Virus record (IMG/VR): IMGVR_UViG_3300032236_001858
Source of the DNA: a virus
Lineage: Duplodnaviria; Heunggongvirae; Uroviricota; Caudoviricetes
Reading direction: 5' to 3' (one strand)
Length of the DNA: 64,000 nucleotides
This document shows, piece by piece, positions 35,880-46,547 of the stretch. Under the pieces are notes generated by a model. That model was not told the DNA's origin, did not search any database, and was given only the letters and a program-made list of their open reading frames with translations. The position numbers and the translations under genes were made by a program. Position 1 is the stretch's first letter. Each line of letters begins with the position of its first letter.

Positions 35880-38111
35880 TTACCAAGTTATATCATTAAT
35901 TTGATAATTAATACTACCTAAGCCAGAACCTGTAGTAAATGTTTTAAGGGTATTACCTGAACCAAGAACATAAGTGTAGTTATTTGAATTATCGTGGAAT
36001 GATGCAATTAAACGACCATTGTAATAATCATAACTATCATTGTGTTCAAATCCATTAATAATATCTAAAGTGTTACCACTAAAGTCTAAAAGTTTAACAC
36101 TCCAACTACCAGAATATGTTCCACTTGTATTGCTATATATACCCATAATCCTATCCAAACCAATTATAAAATAACTAGAGTTCATTGAATCACTACTTAC
36201 TTCAAACTTACTAGACATGCTATTTTTATTAACAAGTCTGTAATAAGGACTACCTGAGTTATAAATAATAGTAGTATTATCAGTGTAATCAAAATCTGAA
36301 CCTTGTTGTGTTTCGGTCCAACCATAAGCAACATTGTCAAAAGTACTAAATGATCCACTTAATTTATTACTATACCAATCATTACCATCACCATCGGTGA
36401 ACATAAATACATCCCCAAGAGAATAGCCTATATTACTTGGTGATGTTCCATTCATAGTTTGTTCATCTAATTTAGTACCACTTGAATTAAAAGTTAAAGC
36501 AGTTGTACCACCTGAGTTATTAACATAAACAGCATAGTATTTATCATCACCACCTGATAGATATTGAAAAGAAGAAAAATCTGTTAATGCAAAGTCTATA
36601 TTACTTGTGCGTGATAAATACTTAATACTATAAACATCACCAGAACCATCATTAGTTCTAACTGATAAATATATACCATCTTTAGTTATTCTATTACTCC
36701 ACTCATAATAGTTATTGTTACCACTATTAGAAAGTGCAACCGTTGTAAAATCATGACCTGGATATTTCATTAATGCTGTCCAGTTGGCTGAATAATCTGT
36801 TAATAAAATAAATAAGTTTTCAGTAGATACCGGATCATCAGGATCGGTAGCATCTATATAATCCGCAAAAGCATATTGATCATTAAATAAAGAACTATCA
36901 TAGGTATGATAATCAAAAGTATCTGCATCACCATCATACACAACATAAGTATTTTGACTACCTGTATATGGACTATATAATTTGTAATAAAATTTATTAT
37001 TACCATAAAAGTCGAAATTATGATTACCATATTGATAATCTGATGTTGATCCTAAATCAGCATAAACATTTATTCTTCTAATAGATGTACCACTAGTACT
37101 ATAAACATCAATATAATCTAAATAGCTATATGTAGTATCATAGTTAAAGAAAGCGATAACGTTTGATCTATAACCAACAACATAAGAACCGTGTCTATCT
37201 GATGTGTAAACTAAACTCACAGCACCTGTATTAGTGTCAATTAAATAAGTATCATGATAACTAGATTGATAAACTCTAAAAAGAACGACATTACCGCTTC
37301 TTGAATAGTAATCATAAGAGCCACCAAACCAATAAGTTTGAGAGTTAGGAACATTAAAAGTAGTTTTTTCTGACAAACCTGTATAAGTTATATAATCATA
37401 ACCACCAGATAAATCATCTACAACAAATGTTATACCTTTTTTATAATTATGATAATCCCAACTGGCTACATTACTATCATAAGTATCTGAATATTGAATC
37501 ACCCCATCAGGACCAACAAATACCATTTTATACATATTACTATCACTATCATTAGTAAAGGTATACATTATATATCTTCCATCAACGGTATCATAGTATT
37601 GATAATTCCAGTCACTAGATGATAATCCAGAATCAATATCAGATATTAAAGTATCAGTTGTATAATTCATAACTGAAAATCCAAAATTTCCACTATTCAT
37701 TACATAGTTAAAGAAAATTGCATCTCCTGAATTAAAATTACTAATGATGGTTCCATAGTTAGGAGAACTATTAAGCCAAGTTTTAGCATCATCAACATTT
37801 GAAAAAGTACCAGGACTTCCAGGTAATCTATTAATTAAGTGTAAAAGATCTGAATTTGTTTTTGTTGGAGTTTTCCAAAATGTCGGTTTATTAGGATCTG
37901 CGATACCTTTACCACCAGCAGTTGTTCTACCTGCTAAGTTTGTTGAAGTTGTATCTGAATAAATAACATACCCTGATACATCATCAAGACCTGCTATCCA
38001 ACCACCTGTTGTGTAATCAACTGCACCAGTTGCAACTGCTAAATTTCCTATTTGAGTAGCACCAGTAATTGGTGTTTTACTTGGATTGTACTTTACATCA
38101 TATTTTGCCAT
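35880..38111 (-). CDS. large beta-rich hypothetical (possibly virion) protein
   Basis: Y/S/N/D-rich 743 aa; N-terminal domain shared with 14235-15044. Confidence 0.65.
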   Translation of the reverse strand: MAKYDVKYNPSKTPITGATQIGNLAVATGAVDYTTGGWIAGLDDVSGYVIYSDTTSTNLAGRTTAGGKGIADPNKPTFWKTPTKTNSDLLHLINRLPGSPGTFSNVDDAKTWLNSSPNYGTIISNFNSGDAIFFNYVMNSGNFGFSVMNYTTDTLISDIDSGLSSSDWNYQYYDTVDGRYIMYTFTNDSDSNMYKMVFVGPDGVIQYSDTYDSNVASWDYHNYKKGITFVVDDLSGGYDYITYTGLSEKTTFNVPNSQTYWFGGSYDYYSRSGNVVLFRVYQSSYHDTYLIDTNTGAVSLVYTSDRHGSYVVGYRSNVIAFFNYDTTYSYLDYIDVYSTSGTSIRRINVYADLGSTSDYQYGNHNFDFYGNNKFYYKLYSPYTGSQNTYVVYDGDADTFDYHTYDSSLFNDQYAFADYIDATDPDDPVSTENLFILLTDYSANWTALMKYPGHDFTTVALSNSGNNNYYEWSNRITKDGIYLSVRTNDGSGDVYSIKYLSRTSNIDFALTDFSSFQYLSGGDDKYYAVYVNNSGGTTALTFNSSGTKLDEQTMNGTSPSNIGYSLGDVFMFTDGDGNDWYSNKLSGSFSTFDNVAYGWTETQQGSDFDYTDNTTIIYNSGSPYYRLVNKNSMSSKFEVSSDSMNSSYFIIGLDRIMGIYSNTSGTYSGSWSVKLLDFSGNTLDIINGFEHNDSYDYYNGRLIASFHDNSNNYTYVLGSGNTLKTFTTGSGLGSINYQINDITW

Positions 38112-38207
38112 AGTGATTAAAATTTTTTATTTTATAGATTATATATTAAAATACCAAATAAACATTTTACAATCTCAGTTTTTTTCCATAAATTTGTAAT
38201 CTAATTA

Positions 38208-38345
38208 ATGAGTATTTGTACAAAACTACAAACAATAACAGGTATACATAGATATCTTTTCAGACTACTATTTGTGATATGGTTCATCAATAGCGCATGG
38301 GCTTTATTTTGGTATATAGTGATTGGATTAATTATAGAAGATTAA
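38208..38345 (+). CDS. small membrane protein (45 aa)
   Basis: Follows a TAAATTTG promoter at 38189; long hydrophobic stretch. Confidence 0.5.
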   Translation: MSICTKLQTITGIHRYLFRLLFVIWFINSAWALFWYIVIGLIIED

Positions 38346-38377
38346 TAAATTTATATTAAAAAATAATATATATGGAC

Positions 38378-39997
38378 ATGAAATACATTAAAACTAGAAA
38401 TAGATTTCTTGCTGAATCAAAAGGTGAAATGAGCGACAACGCTCTTCATACACTTGCGACTCATGATGATGGACAATCTCCTGATGTTCAAAAAAGTTTG
38501 GATGCACTTGACGAGGTTTCTCCTAAAGGTAAAGTGGTAACTCGTTTTGCTCCTTCACCAACAGGATTTTTACATATCGGAGGTGTTCGTACAGCTCTTT
38601 ACAACTACTTGTTTGCTAAAAAACACGGTGGTATCTTTTATGTTCGTATTGAAGATACTGACCAAAAACGTTTTGTAGGCGATGCTGAAAAATATATTCA
38701 AGACGCTTTAGAATGGTGTGGTATTGACCCAGATTATGCACCTTGGAAAGGTGGTCCTAATGGACCTTACCGCCAATCGGAAAGAGATTATTCTGGTCAT
38801 ATTCAAACTCTTTTAGATAAGGGTATGGCTTACTATGCTTTTGATACAGAAGATGATATGGTTAAAGTAAGAGCTGAAAATGCTCACTTTGCTTACGATA
38901 CTAAAACTCGTATGTCAATGAAGAACTCACTCTCTTTATCTAAAGAAGAAGTTGATGCACTTCTTGCTGCTAATACTCCATTTGTAATTCGCTTCAAAAC
39001 ACCAGAAAATAGAACTATCACCGTTAATGATGTAATTCGTGGTGAAGTTAGTTTGAATACAAATCAAACTGATGATAAAGTTTTGGTTAAATCAAATGGT
39101 ATTCCTACATATCATATGGCTAACGTATGTGACGACCACGATATGGGAACTACTCACGTTATTCGTGGTGAAGAATGGTTGCCTTCAACTCCACTTCACT
39201 TAATGTTATATGAAGCATTTGGTTGGGAAGCTCCTACATTTGCTCACCTACCTCTAATTTTGAATCCTGATGGTAAAGGTAAGTTGTCTAAACGTAAAGC
39301 TTTAGCTTTAGGTATTCCAGCTTTCCCAATGGGTGGTGAAGGTGAAGATGATAAAGGTCAAAAAGTAAAGTATCTTGGTTTCAAAGATGAAGGTTTTGAA
39401 CCACAAGCTATGTTGAATTTCTTGGTGCTTTTAGGTTGGTCCCCAACAGATACTCAAGAACTTATGACTATGGCTGACATGATTTCTAAATTTGACTTAG
39501 CTCATGTTCATAAGGCTGGTGCTCGTTTTGATGTTGAAAAAGCTAAACACTTTAATGCTCAACACTTGAACACTTATAGAAGTGATGAAGAAATTCTTTC
39601 ACATATTGATATGGGTGATACCTATCATTACTCACCAGAAAATCTTTCTAAGATTGTGGATATCTGTAAAAAGAGAGCAGTCTTTACTAAAGATTTACAA
39701 GCTGTTGCTGATATCTTCTTTAAGCCAATTGTGATTAAAGAAACAGATGTTAAGTTATTAACTGATGATTACAAAAAAGTATTCTCAGTTTTTGTAACTA
39801 AGTCAATTGATTGGACGGCTGAAACTATTAAACAAACAATTCACGACATTTGTCAAGAAATAGGTGTTAAAATGGGTAAGATAATGCCTGCTTTAAGATT
39901 GGCTATTGCTGGTGGATTACCAGGTCCAGATTTGGCAACAACAATGGAAATAATTGGTAGGGATGAAACCTTAATAAGAATTAAAAACACTTTATAA
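38378..39997 (+). CDS. gltX: glutamyl-tRNA synthetase with N-terminal tag extension
   Basis: TRFAPSPTGFLHIGG, RIEDTD, PTYH, HVIRGEEW, KLSKR; start at MKYIKT is 5 nt after a TAATATATA box. Confidence 0.93.
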   Translation: MKYIKTRNRFLAESKGEMSDNALHTLATHDDGQSPDVQKSLDALDEVSPKGKVVTRFAPSPTGFLHIGGVRTALYNYLFAKKHGGIFYVRIEDTDQKRFVGDAEKYIQDALEWCGIDPDYAPWKGGPNGPYRQSERDYSGHIQTLLDKGMAYYAFDTEDDMVKVRAENAHFAYDTKTRMSMKNSLSLSKEEVDALLAANTPFVIRFKTPENRTITVNDVIRGEVSLNTNQTDDKVLVKSNGIPTYHMANVCDDHDMGTTHVIRGEEWLPSTPLHLMLYEAFGWEAPTFAHLPLILNPDGKGKLSKRKALALGIPAFPMGGEGEDDKGQKVKYLGFKDEGFEPQAMLNFLVLLGWSPTDTQELMTMADMISKFDLAHVHKAGARFDVEKAKHFNAQHLNTYRSDEEILSHIDMGDTYHYSPENLSKIVDICKKRAVFTKDLQAVADIFFKPIVIKETDVKLLTDDYKKVFSVFVTKSIDWTAETIKQTIHDICQEIGVKMGKIMPALRLAIAGGLPGPDLATTMEIIGRDETLIRIKNTL

Positions 39998-40028
39998 AAA
40001 AAGCCTCTGATTTTTCAGAGGCTTTTTT
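39996..40028. terminator. bidirectional terminator
   Basis: AAAAAAGCCTCTGA-TTTT-TCAGAGGCTTTTTT. Confidence 0.85.
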
Positions 40029-40029
40029 A

Positions 40030-42309
40030 CTATTCAAATAGTGGGAATTTTGGCAAATATAGTCTCGTAGTGGCGTTATCTGCAAATATCATATATTTAG
40101 AATCATCTCTAATAACATATTGATTAAGTATTTTATTATGAACATCAGATGGTATAATATCTGTAAACATTCTAATATTAGTTATTCTCATATCAGAAGC
40201 AAGTATATCAAGATTTGTATTTTCAAGTTGATATTCAATTGGTATAATATTTTGAGTACTATTATACTCTAATCTAAGTATAGTTGATGTTAAATTAGGA
40301 GCATCACTTTCCTCTTCTACATTTCTCTTATAGATGAATTGACTCATAGTTCTTTGTCTTTGGTCTATATTAAGAACATAACAATACCAAACATCTTCTT
40401 GAAGTGCTGTATTATCACTTGATGCATGTCCTAATAGATCATAGTTATAAGTATTTGAATTTAAAGTAACTTGTATAGCATCATTTACCAAATTAACTTT
40501 CCAACCTAGTGAGTTAGTAACATCATAATAGTTCATAAAGTTATAAACCTCATCTGTTATATAATTATTAATCTTAAACCAAAGCATATATCCAATATTA
40601 TCAGATACTTTAAGAATTGGATCAAAGTTTTGATAGGTAACTGCAACTTGCTGATAATTTACGGTAGACAAGTCATAATTAGCCTTACTAATAATAGTTG
40701 AAGAGTTTTCAATTAATTCTTTATCAATTGTTGCATTATAACTTAATCTAATAGGATCGGATGATAATGGTGTAAATTGTTGCTTATTAGCAATTGAAGC
40801 TTTATCTTGAGCATTCTCAATGCCAAATAACTCATCAATAGTAGAGTTCTTGGTAAGTTGTTGTAACTTGTCTTTGATTTCCTGAGTACCAGCTTTGACA
40901 TTTGCTTTTTGAGTGTATTTCTTCAATATCAATTTATAGTAAATAGCTGAGTTATTGAAGTTTCTAAATTGCTGAGCATGGTCAACTTGAAACATTCTAT
41001 TAACATCACAGAAATACAAGAAATCTTCTTTTGAAGGTCTTCTTTGAGGTCCAAAAATTTCTTTGAATTGCTTTTTAGTTATATGAACCGTCATGTTTTC
41101 AAATAAACTTAAATCAAATTGATTCATTACTATTTGAGAATCTGGGAAATTATTACCATCAACTGCTACTTTTAAGTTACCTTCACATACTACATTATAT
41201 AATTGATACTCATGCATTGTATGGTCTTGACCTCTTTTATCTGGATCAGTAACAAAGTAAATAACTCTATGTCCAAACATTTGCTCAGAATCAGCACTTA
41301 ATTTATTCAATAAATCCATAGCAGTGTTTTGCTTGTAAGGATTAAATAAGTTAGCTTTATCTTGAGAATTCAATTGTGGTAAAGTTGAACCATTACCAGT
41401 TGTATCACAAGCACCAGAAGAATTTGAAATACCACCACCAACACCAGTACCTGAACCATTTGTATTATCAGCAGGTATAAAATTACCACTTGGATCCACA
41501 TAACCTACTAAGTTAGATTGACAACACTCTCTAATACCATAAAGATTAGTTTTGAAATAATCTTGACTGACATTTTGAAAATCACCAATTAAATTAATAT
41601 CTTGAATACTTTTAACTGATTGAGAGTTATTTGTTATTGAGTATTCTATTTGGAAAAATCTAATAGGATTAATTCTAACCGTTGTTATATTTTCTTTAGT
41701 AAATGGTTCCCAATTAGACCAAGTTCTTGAATTATCTTGTGAGAATCTATATTTAATATCAACATCAACCGTTCCTGTTGCTGATATAATTTCTAAGTCA
41801 CTTATATTAAAAACTTTATAAATAAATGGAGCTTTCCAAATAATATTATCACCAGGCACTAAACTAATAGTACTAACACCATCACCAGCATTTTCAGCAA
41901 CAACTCTTTCGAGTTTACCGCCAATTGAGTATTCTAAAATTCTAATAGCACCAACAGCAGATGAACCAGATCTAACCCATTTAATATCTAAATAAAGTGG
42001 GTCTTTGGTATCAATAGTTGGGAAGTTATCAATAGCTCTTTTTAGATCAAACCAATCAGTCCAAGCATTACCATCTCTTGATATGCGATAATAGTTTTTC
42101 AAAAATCTAGTATCAGTCATACCTAAAGTATCATACTTAAATGTTGTTAATTCTTTAACATTTTGTAAATTAACAAAACTTATTGTATATTCGGATCCGA
42201 TTGAATTGAAATATGGCGTCGCATCAACTGAATTGACTTGAGCATTTATATCAAATTTATCAGATATATCAATGGTGCCGTTTTCTAAGTTTGAAACTAT
42301 TTGTTGCAT
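40030..42309 (-). CDS. T4 gp14-like neck/head-completion domain within a larger virion protein
   Basis: Central segment EQMFGH.V.YF..HEY..F......ITK..F..FG..RP...D.LYF..MF.V.H resembles T4-like gp14; LamG-like C-terminus. Confidence 0.6.
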   Translation of the reverse strand: MQQIVSNLENGTIDISDKFDINAQVNSVDATPYFNSIGSEYTISFVNLQNVKELTTFKYDTLGMTDTRFLKNYYRISRDGNAWTDWFDLKRAIDNFPTIDTKDPLYLDIKWVRSGSSAVGAIRILEYSIGGKLERVVAENAGDGVSTISLVPGDNIIWKAPFIYKVFNISDLEIISATGTVDVDIKYRFSQDNSRTWSNWEPFTKENITTVRINPIRFFQIEYSITNNSQSVKSIQDINLIGDFQNVSQDYFKTNLYGIRECCQSNLVGYVDPSGNFIPADNTNGSGTGVGGGISNSSGACDTTGNGSTLPQLNSQDKANLFNPYKQNTAMDLLNKLSADSEQMFGHRVIYFVTDPDKRGQDHTMHEYQLYNVVCEGNLKVAVDGNNFPDSQIVMNQFDLSLFENMTVHITKKQFKEIFGPQRRPSKEDFLYFCDVNRMFQVDHAQQFRNFNNSAIYYKLILKKYTQKANVKAGTQEIKDKLQQLTKNSTIDELFGIENAQDKASIANKQQFTPLSSDPIRLSYNATIDKELIENSSTIISKANYDLSTVNYQQVAVTYQNFDPILKVSDNIGYMLWFKINNYITDEVYNFMNYYDVTNSLGWKVNLVNDAIQVTLNSNTYNYDLLGHASSDNTALQEDVWYCYVLNIDQRQRTMSQFIYKRNVEEESDAPNLTSTILRLEYNSTQNIIPIEYQLENTNLDILASDMRITNIRMFTDIIPSDVHNKILNQYVIRDDSKYMIFADNATTRLYLPKFPLFE

Positions 42310-42421
42310 GACTTATATATTAAAAAAGCAATTCCGGATATTAATTAAAATAATTCTATATAAATTTGGATATTGTGGATAAGTAATGTATATTTGTATT
42401 TAGAAAAATCATAACCCTAAA

Positions 42422-43657
42422 ATGATGAATATAAAAGACAAGTTTATTGAGTTAACAAGTAGAACATATCCTCACGGAACTGAGGAAGATGTTTTTCCTT
42501 TGTTAAACCCTGAACTACAAAAAGATGAGTTTAATAACCTTTTTATTAAAATTGGTGAAAGTGATGTTATGTTTACATCGCACTTAGATACTGCAACATC
42601 TGCACTTACCTCTGTTAGTCACGTTTTTGATGGTAACATAATTAAGACAGATGGTAAATCTATTTTAGGTGCTGATGATAAAGCAGGTGTTACTATTATG
42701 CTTTATATGATTGAAAATAAAATCCCAGGACTTTATTACTTTTTCTTAGGTGAAGAAGTAGGTTGTATTGGTTCTAAGAAAGTTTCTAATAAATATAAAA
42801 CTGAAAAACTTGAAGGTATCAATAAAGTAATTTCATTTGACCGTAGAGGTACCGACTCTGTTATTACTTTTCAATCTAGTCAAAGATGTTGCTCTGATAA
42901 ATTTGGTGAAGAATTATCTAAACAATTAAATTTAGCAAATGATACTTTTTCATATAAGAATGACCCAACTGGTATCTTAACTGACTCTATTCAATTTATT
43001 AGCATTTATCCAGAGTGTACTAACATTTCTGTTGGTTATCGTTCAGAACACACATTTGCTGAACAACAAGATATTGAACACTTGACTAAATTAGCTGAGG
43101 CTTGTTTGAAAGTAGATTGGAATGGTTTACCTGTTGAAAGAGATCCTTCTAAAACTGAATACAAATCATACGGTGGTTACGGTGGATATGGTTGGAGTGA
43201 TTGGGATGATTATGACTACGGTTATAAAACAACTACCAATAACACTTCAAAGTGGAATTGGAATAAAAATGTAACACCAAAGACTGATAAAATTTGGTTC
43301 CACGATAAGAAATATAACTATGTTTCTAATGTAGAACTTGATTCTTTAACTAAAAAAGTTATATCAGTTGATTTGTGTAAAGAACGTGTTGAGTATGAAA
43401 AGATGATAGTTGAAGATTTATTAATGTCATTGGATTTAAGTTATAAAGATTTTACTTGGGATGGTTTTAAGTTGAAAGTATTCTATAAGCAAAATGCTGG
43501 TGACCACACAACAGAGTGTGATCGTAATGACTTGTTAGAATATTTACCTGAACTTGACTATTCAAATGGTGATGATTTAGGTGATTATAAGAGTAACACA
43601 AATGAATTTGATGATTTTACTGATTCTTCAGAATTTAATTACTCAGAATTTGACTAA
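42422..43657 (+). CDS. M28/M20-like metallopeptidase
   Basis: SHLDT, GADDKAG, GEEVG, SFDR, HT. Confidence 0.82.
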   Translation: MMNIKDKFIELTSRTYPHGTEEDVFPLLNPELQKDEFNNLFIKIGESDVMFTSHLDTATSALTSVSHVFDGNIIKTDGKSILGADDKAGVTIMLYMIENKIPGLYYFFLGEEVGCIGSKKVSNKYKTEKLEGINKVISFDRRGTDSVITFQSSQRCCSDKFGEELSKQLNLANDTFSYKNDPTGILTDSIQFISIYPECTNISVGYRSEHTFAEQQDIEHLTKLAEACLKVDWNGLPVERDPSKTEYKSYGGYGGYGWSDWDDYDYGYKTTTNNTSKWNWNKNVTPKTDKIWFHDKKYNYVSNVELDSLTKKVISVDLCKERVEYEKMIVEDLLMSLDLSYKDFTWDGFKLKVFYKQNAGDHTTECDRNDLLEYLPELDYSNGDDLGDYKSNTNEFDDFTDSSEFNYSEFD

Positions 43658-43658
43658 T

Positions 43659-43684
43659 AAAGAGCCAGAAAACTGGCTCTTTTT
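43659..43684 (+). terminator. intrinsic terminator
   Basis: AAAGAGCCAG-AAAA-CTGGCTCTTTTT. Confidence 0.8.
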
Positions 43685-43696
43685 AAATATTATATT

Positions 43697-44146
43697 ATGA
43701 AAACAATAGCAATCTACGCTGGAAGTTTTAACCCATTTCACATCGGACATCTTAATATAGTTGAGAAAGCCGAAAAAATATTTGGTAGTGGTAATGTTGT
43801 TATCGCTATAGGAGTTAACCCAGAAAAGCCAAAATCTGATATTGAAATCAGATGTCAAGAAATCAGTAAAAAGATTAATCGTCAAGTTATTTACTATACT
43901 AAATTTCTTCATGAACTAATTGAAGATTATGAAAAATCTGGTTATAGTGTTGTACTTATAAGAGGTTTAAGAAATGGTGACGACTTAGCTTATGAAGATA
44001 ACCAACTTAAATTTATCAATGATTTCAAAAAAGATATCAATGTTGTTTTCTTTCGCTGTGATGAAGAATTTAAACACATTAGTTCTTCTGCTATTAGAAA
44101 TCTACAATCTTTCCGACCAGGTTCCGGTGATAAATATTTAGTATAA
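43697..44146 (+). CDS. coaD: phosphopantetheine adenylyltransferase-like nucleotidyltransferase
   Basis: AIYAGSFNPFHIGH, IRGLRN..D..YE, ISSSAIR. Confidence 0.8.
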   Translation: MKTIAIYAGSFNPFHIGHLNIVEKAEKIFGSGNVVIAIGVNPEKPKSDIEIRCQEISKKINRQVIYYTKFLHELIEDYEKSGYSVVLIRGLRNGDDLAYEDNQLKFINDFKKDINVVFFRCDEEFKHISSSAIRNLQSFRPGSGDKYLV

Positions 44147-44394
44147 TGAGGGATATTGAGGGTAGATATTTATCTGATAATGAAATTGAAGCAATTAATT
44201 CTTATTTATTACAAAATGGTTGCTCAACTATTAATGGCACACCAAATATAACAAATATACACTTTACTAATGGTTTTTATAAAACCGAATTTTCAGAGGC
44301 TAACAAAGCAACATTAAGTTACCTTGAAGTACCTGAAAACTGGGTTAAGTCATTTATAAGAGATAAGAAAATAAATAAAATAATAAATGGATAA
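44146..44394 (+). CDS. hypothetical protein with C-terminal RDxKI motif
   Basis: Ends IRDKKINKIING. Confidence 0.65.
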   Translation: MRDIEGRYLSDNEIEAINSYLLQNGCSTINGTPNITNIHFTNGFYKTEFSEANKATLSYLEVPENWVKSFIRDKKINKIING

Positions 44395-44797
44395 GCAAAG
44401 ATACTTCAATGTAATAAAAAACTATAAGAAAATGTGTTCAAACCTTATAGCAAGTATTTCATCATATAATTGGTCTGACGAATTTTGTAGAAAAGAAGTT
44501 AAAGAACTTTATGCAAAACTAATTAAAGAATTTGAAAATGTTGACTTCACTCAATTCACACTTGAAGAACTAAAGCAACTTGATTTTAATATGTTGGATG
44601 ATGATACAATCTTAATGCCAGTTTGGGCAATTGATTGTTTACCAGATGGTGCTATTGTAATGAGTATTAATGGTGATGAAATCACTTTTGATAAATCTAA
44701 AGGTTTAGATAAAGATGTAAGATTTGGATGTACCGCCTATGGATTTTCTAAATCTCAATTAAGAGATTCTGCTATTGAGCAAGTTTTAGGTAAGTAG
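44387..44797 (+). CDS. hypothetical protein with C-terminal RD motif
   Basis: Ends LRDSAIEQVLGK. Confidence 0.7.
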   Translation: MDKQRYFNVIKNYKKMCSNLIASISSYNWSDEFCRKEVKELYAKLIKEFENVDFTQFTLEELKQLDFNMLDDDTILMPVWAIDCLPDGAIVMSINGDEITFDKSKGLDKDVRFGCTAYGFSKSQLRDSAIEQVLGK

Positions 44798-44798
44798 T

Positions 44799-45203
44799 AT
44801 GAAAGAAGTAGAATTGCTAAAATTAGGGTACATAGTACATGCCGTTAGACAAGATAAAAAAAATCTTATAATGGTTGCTTTCAATGGTGGTCCATTATTT
44901 GACTATTATATTTCAATTTTAACTAGTCAATGTGATGATTACGAATATCTAAAAACTGATAAGTCTATTATTGGTGGTATAAATTTAAACTTGATGAATC
45001 GAAAAGATTTAGAAACATTCAAGTGTGTACCAGATGATAATCCAATTGTAGGTAAAAACTTTACAGTAAATAATCATTATTGGAGTACATCAGAAGTTAA
45101 AAAGATAATAAATAATAATATTATAATAACTAAAAACTCAGTCTATGCCATTCATGATATTTCTGAGTTAAGAGATAAAAAAATAAATGATTTAGGTATA
45201 TGA
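44799..45203 (+). CDS. hypothetical protein with C-terminal RDxKI motif
   Basis: Ends LRDKKINDLGI. Confidence 0.7.
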   Translation: MKEVELLKLGYIVHAVRQDKKNLIMVAFNGGPLFDYYISILTSQCDDYEYLKTDKSIIGGINLNLMNRKDLETFKCVPDDNPIVGKNFTVNNHYWSTSEVKKIINNNIIITKNSVYAIHDISELRDKKINDLGI

Positions 45204-45754
45204 TTAATTATATTCCAACAAATAGAAACAATCCAAGATTAGCAAATGTAGGTAGTGCTTGGGGTAATATTCCTACAATAATAAAAGACATAATTGATAG
45301 GTTTAATTTAAAACAAGATTTAGCTCTTGAATTTGGCGTTGAGTATGGTTATTCAACTTCAGCGTTAGCTAACTATTTTAATAATGTAATTGGTGTTGAT
45401 ACTTTTGAAGGAGATCCACACTCTGGATTTAAAATAAATCATCTTGAAACAACTACTGAAAATCTTAAAGATTTTAGTAATATTCAATTAGTTAAATCAG
45501 ATTACAGAGATTATATTAAAGATAATAATAATATGTATGATATGATTCATATTGATATTATACACACTTACAATGAAACATTTGAATGCGGTGAGTGGGC
45601 AATAAATCACTCAAAGTGTGTTGTTTTTCATGATACACTTTCATTTTATGAAATAATGAGAGTTTGTGAAGATCTATCAGCAAAACACAACCTTGATTTT
45701 TACAATTATGAGGAATCTTATGGTTTAGGTATTTTAATTAATAATAATCTATAA
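45200..45754 (+). CDS. class I SAM-dependent methyltransferase
   Basis: ALEFGVEYGYST, GVDTF, YDMIHID, VVFHD. Confidence 0.82.
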   Translation: MINYIPTNRNNPRLANVGSAWGNIPTIIKDIIDRFNLKQDLALEFGVEYGYSTSALANYFNNVIGVDTFEGDPHSGFKINHLETTTENLKDFSNIQLVKSDYRDYIKDNNNMYDMIHIDIIHTYNETFECGEWAINHSKCVVFHDTLSFYEIMRVCEDLSAKHNLDFYNYEESYGLGILINNNL

Positions 45755-45821
45755 ACTAAATAAAGAATAAAAGTATAACAAATGGCAATAATGCCATAAT
45801 TAAAAATAAACAAGAATAAAA

Positions 45822-46013
45822 ATGAAAACAGGAACAGTAAAGTTCTACAATGAGGCTAAAGGATTTGGTTTCATCACAGACGAAAACGGAACTGACGTGT
45901 TTGTACACGCTACAGGACTAAAAGATGAAATCAGAGAAAATGATTCAGTTAGCTTTGAAGTAACAGAAGGTAAAAAAGGATTAAATGCAATTAATGTAAC
46001 AGTTAATGCTTAA
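45822..46013 (+). CDS. cold-shock domain protein
   Basis: GTVKFYNEAKGFGFI (RNP1), VFVH (RNP2). Confidence 0.95.
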   Translation: MKTGTVKFYNEAKGFGFITDENGTDVFVHATGLKDEIRENDSVSFEVTEGKKGLNAINVTVNA

Positions 46014-46032
46014 TATATTTTTAGTACTAATT

Positions 46033-46062
46033 AAAACCCTTAGATTTATCTGAGGGTTTTTT
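46033..46062 (+). terminator. intrinsic terminator
   Basis: AAAACCCTTAGA-TTTA-TCTGAGGGTTTTTT. Confidence 0.85.
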
Positions 46063-46087
46063 GTTTATAAAAATTAATATATAATGT

Positions 46088-46462
46088 ATGAAATATTTAC
46101 AAACAATAAACGAATATCAAAGAACTGTAGGTTTTAGATATTCTGAACCAAAAGAAAAATATAAAGTATCTTTATTATGTAAAGGTCAAGATATCAATGA
46201 AGATAAGATAAATGAAGGTTTATCAAAAGTTAGTGAATTGACTTATGACTCAAAGTCTATTGAAGTAAATTTACTTGATGAAGGTATGATTGCTGAACTA
46301 CCAGAAATTGGATCTGTAGAGATTAGCGCAATTGTTAGTTTTAATGTAACTCTTTACAATGAGAAAGAAGTAAATGGTGTTGTTAGTGAATTAGGTCAAA
46401 AGTTATCAAAATTTGATATTGAAATATTAGATTTTAAATCAAAAGAAAATTTGGAAGATTAA
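46088..46462 (+). CDS. tagged hypothetical protein
   Basis: MKYLQTINEY; TAATATATA at 46075. Confidence 0.72.
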   Translation: MKYLQTINEYQRTVGFRYSEPKEKYKVSLLCKGQDINEDKINEGLSKVSELTYDSKSIEVNLLDEGMIAELPEIGSVEISAIVSFNVTLYNEKEVNGVVSELGQKLSKFDIEILDFKSKENLED

Positions 46463-46547
46463 AATATTATTTCTATCTTTGTATTCACAAAACAAAAAAG
46501 AATTAAAAAAAAATTAAAAAAATATTTGACAAATTAAAACTTTGTTG

